Made by a program: the position numbers and the translations under genes. A stretch of DNA of 64,000 nucleotides from Takakia lepidozioides (lineage: Eukaryota; Plantae; Bryophyta), in the NCBI GenBank assembly GCA_030704615.1, contig CM060734.1, forward strand, positions 45,942,001-46,006,000, written 5' to 3'. Positions 62,254 through 64,000 of the stretch are shown here, piece by piece. Every line of letters begins with the position of its first letter. Position 1 is the stretch's first letter. Below the pieces are notes generated by a model. It ran no database searches and had not been told where the DNA came from. It saw nothing but the letters and a program-made list of their open reading frames with translations.

Positions 62254-64000
62254 GCGGTGTTCGATGGCTCCGAATTCCTACGCTATAGTTTGCTGTCCTC
62301 CGCAACTTGGGAGAGCCTGGATCCCAAACGAGGGAGGACTTTGCAGAGTGACTGAAACTTACCTTTGTTCCAAATTCAAGCTCAAACCGGGCACAGTTTA
62401 TTTGGAAGAAGAAAGGAAGGATGTTCCTGGACAGGTTGACGAGACCATTGTCGTGCTAGGTAACGACGGAGGTTGCGGAATCGAATGGCACGTTCCCCCC
62501 ATCAGACACCATCCTGTACCGAGCTGTGGGAATGCCCATTCCCTTTCCGAATCAGTCGCTGCCCACACCATCCACAAAGGAGTCCGGAAACCGAGAGGCG
62601 GCCACTGCCAACAGAGAGGTATGCAACGATAATCATTCCCGACCTGGACCGTCAAGACCCTCCATAGCTTCTCGTGTGGACGTATTCGACATTTCCGACG
62701 AGGAAGATGATTGCATTGAGGTACCCATGTCCTCCACACGGTCGTTCAAATCCGGCATGGACGTCTCTGTAGGTGCTACGCATGTGCCCTCGAGCATAAC
62801 TCCAACCCGGTCCATTGTGCAGCTCCTACGACAACATCACCTCGATGGTTCTCGCTCCGAGCTGGCTGCTCTCGACTATGCCAAATTCCCAGTCAGAAAG
62901 GTAACGTTTCTGCCTCCCGAAGTCGATGGCAATGTCATCTTCGAGTTTCCACCTGTTTCTTCGTCAAAAAAGCCTCCGGGATGTTAACAGACATGGATCG
63001 AAAGCATGACGGACACCCCTGGTGTGTGACGAAGACCAGTAGCACGAAAATTGCTGATGGTGTTCGTGTACGATATGTCCTCTGTGCGGGGAAGCTGAGG
63101 TGCCTCAATCCCACCTGCTTCCACTTTCTCTCCAAAGGAGGGCGGAGAAAGACGGATTGGACTGGCACAACGCATCATCCATTCATTGTCTCCAGCCAAG
63201 CTCCTGCGGGTTCTTTCAAGTGTGCACATTGCAAAGAACCACCGACGTGCATGTCCATGTGCAGAGCCAAGCAATATTACGTAATCCATTTGCTCCCGGA
63301 CTTGACTAGAGCTTGCATACACGTTGGGGTCCACTGCCACCCCTTGGCGAGAGGCAACATGCGTGAGGCTGTGCAGGAAGCACACGACATCATAAAAGAG
63401 GAGGTGAAATTGAGCCCCGGAGCCAGACCAAAGCAGATTCAGCTGAAGGCAGCCCACAAGATTGCTCTTGGCAAAATCATGTCTGAAGATGGTTCCGACC
63501 GAGAGCCCTTGACCGAAGACGAGATGCGTGACCTCTTGGAGTCCGTCTCGCACGTTTGTAGTCCGAATGTGCGGAATCACATCGTATCTTGCAAGCAGGA
63601 GTTCGGCAGGGGGTCGGACATGTACTCAATCCTGGAGGTGAAACGAATGACTGGATATGACTACATCCAAGGTAGCAGGTTTCCAGGGCAAGGCAGCGAA
63701 TCCGATCGTTGTTACATTTTCAAAATGTCGACGTGTGGGCCTGGGAGTGGAGTCGACTTGGTCACTCGCATGACAACTGGAAACTTGTCGAATGCTTGGG
63801 TGATGTTTGATCACATCAAGCGAATTACAAACCATCAGTGGGTGACTATGGGTGCGCATGTTTATGACTATCACTCCAAGAGGCTCATGACGATTGCAAT
63901 CTGCGAGATGAAAGGGGAGGACACACAGTCCGAGATGCATCTGTGGGAGGGCATAAACGAGCAGATGGCAAGGGCAAGGGCGGGATTGCCAGAGCCCAAT
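62254..64000 (+). CDS. Transposase with GCM/WRKY-like Zn domain and start of a MULE-like DDE core (3'-incomplete)
   Basis: Frame from 62981 is open to the window end (340 codons): DGHPWCVTK..RYVLCAGKLRCLNPTC..CAHC..C...C..HVGVHCHP..WVMFDHIKR..WVTMGAHVYD..LMTIAICEMKGED..LWEGINE. Upstream parts are joined by frameshifts. Confidence 0.72.

Larger units (their letters stand above)
51574..64000. mobile_element. Large multi-gene DNA transposon (MULE-like, GCM-type DNA-binding domain); runs off the window
   Basis: Sharp boundary with CATGAGC subterminal repeats and the same terminus as 1282-1332; transposase, ParB-MTase gene, paralogue pair and one shared palindromic motif throughout. Confidence 0.75.

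Overview
Eukaryotic plant genomic DNA, most likely a non-seed land plant (inferred from PLS-type PPR style and TE content; not provable here). A small host-gene island (ABCB pseudogene, 10-exon ARMC6-like gene, intronless RPN7, FAD2; about 12.8-25.6 kb) sits among nested transposons: a minus-strand Ty3/gypsy element with an extra 5' ORF, split by a 5.0-kb CACTA element (TIRs, TCG TSD, PPR cargo); a PHD-finger Ty3/gypsy fragment; and a truncated CACTA element with a SET-domain exon nested in its transposase intron. The main candidate for an undescribed system is a large DNA element starting at about 51574 and running off the right edge. It encodes (i) a GCM/WRKY-like plus MULE-like transposase that the ORF track misses, (ii) a divergently transcribed spliced gene fusing a ParB/Srx-like domain to a beta-class N6A/N4C-type DNA methyltransferase, and (iii) a head-to-head pair of orphan paralogues. 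It also carries about 45 copies of the palindrome GGAAATGCGGYRCCGCATTTCC, 14 of them at an exact 53-bp period. A degraded relative (same MTase exons and intron position, related termini, a different palindrome array nearby) lies at about 27.5-39.5 kb, and a third terminus lies at 1.3 kb. All domain calls are by eye from manual translation; no searches were run.
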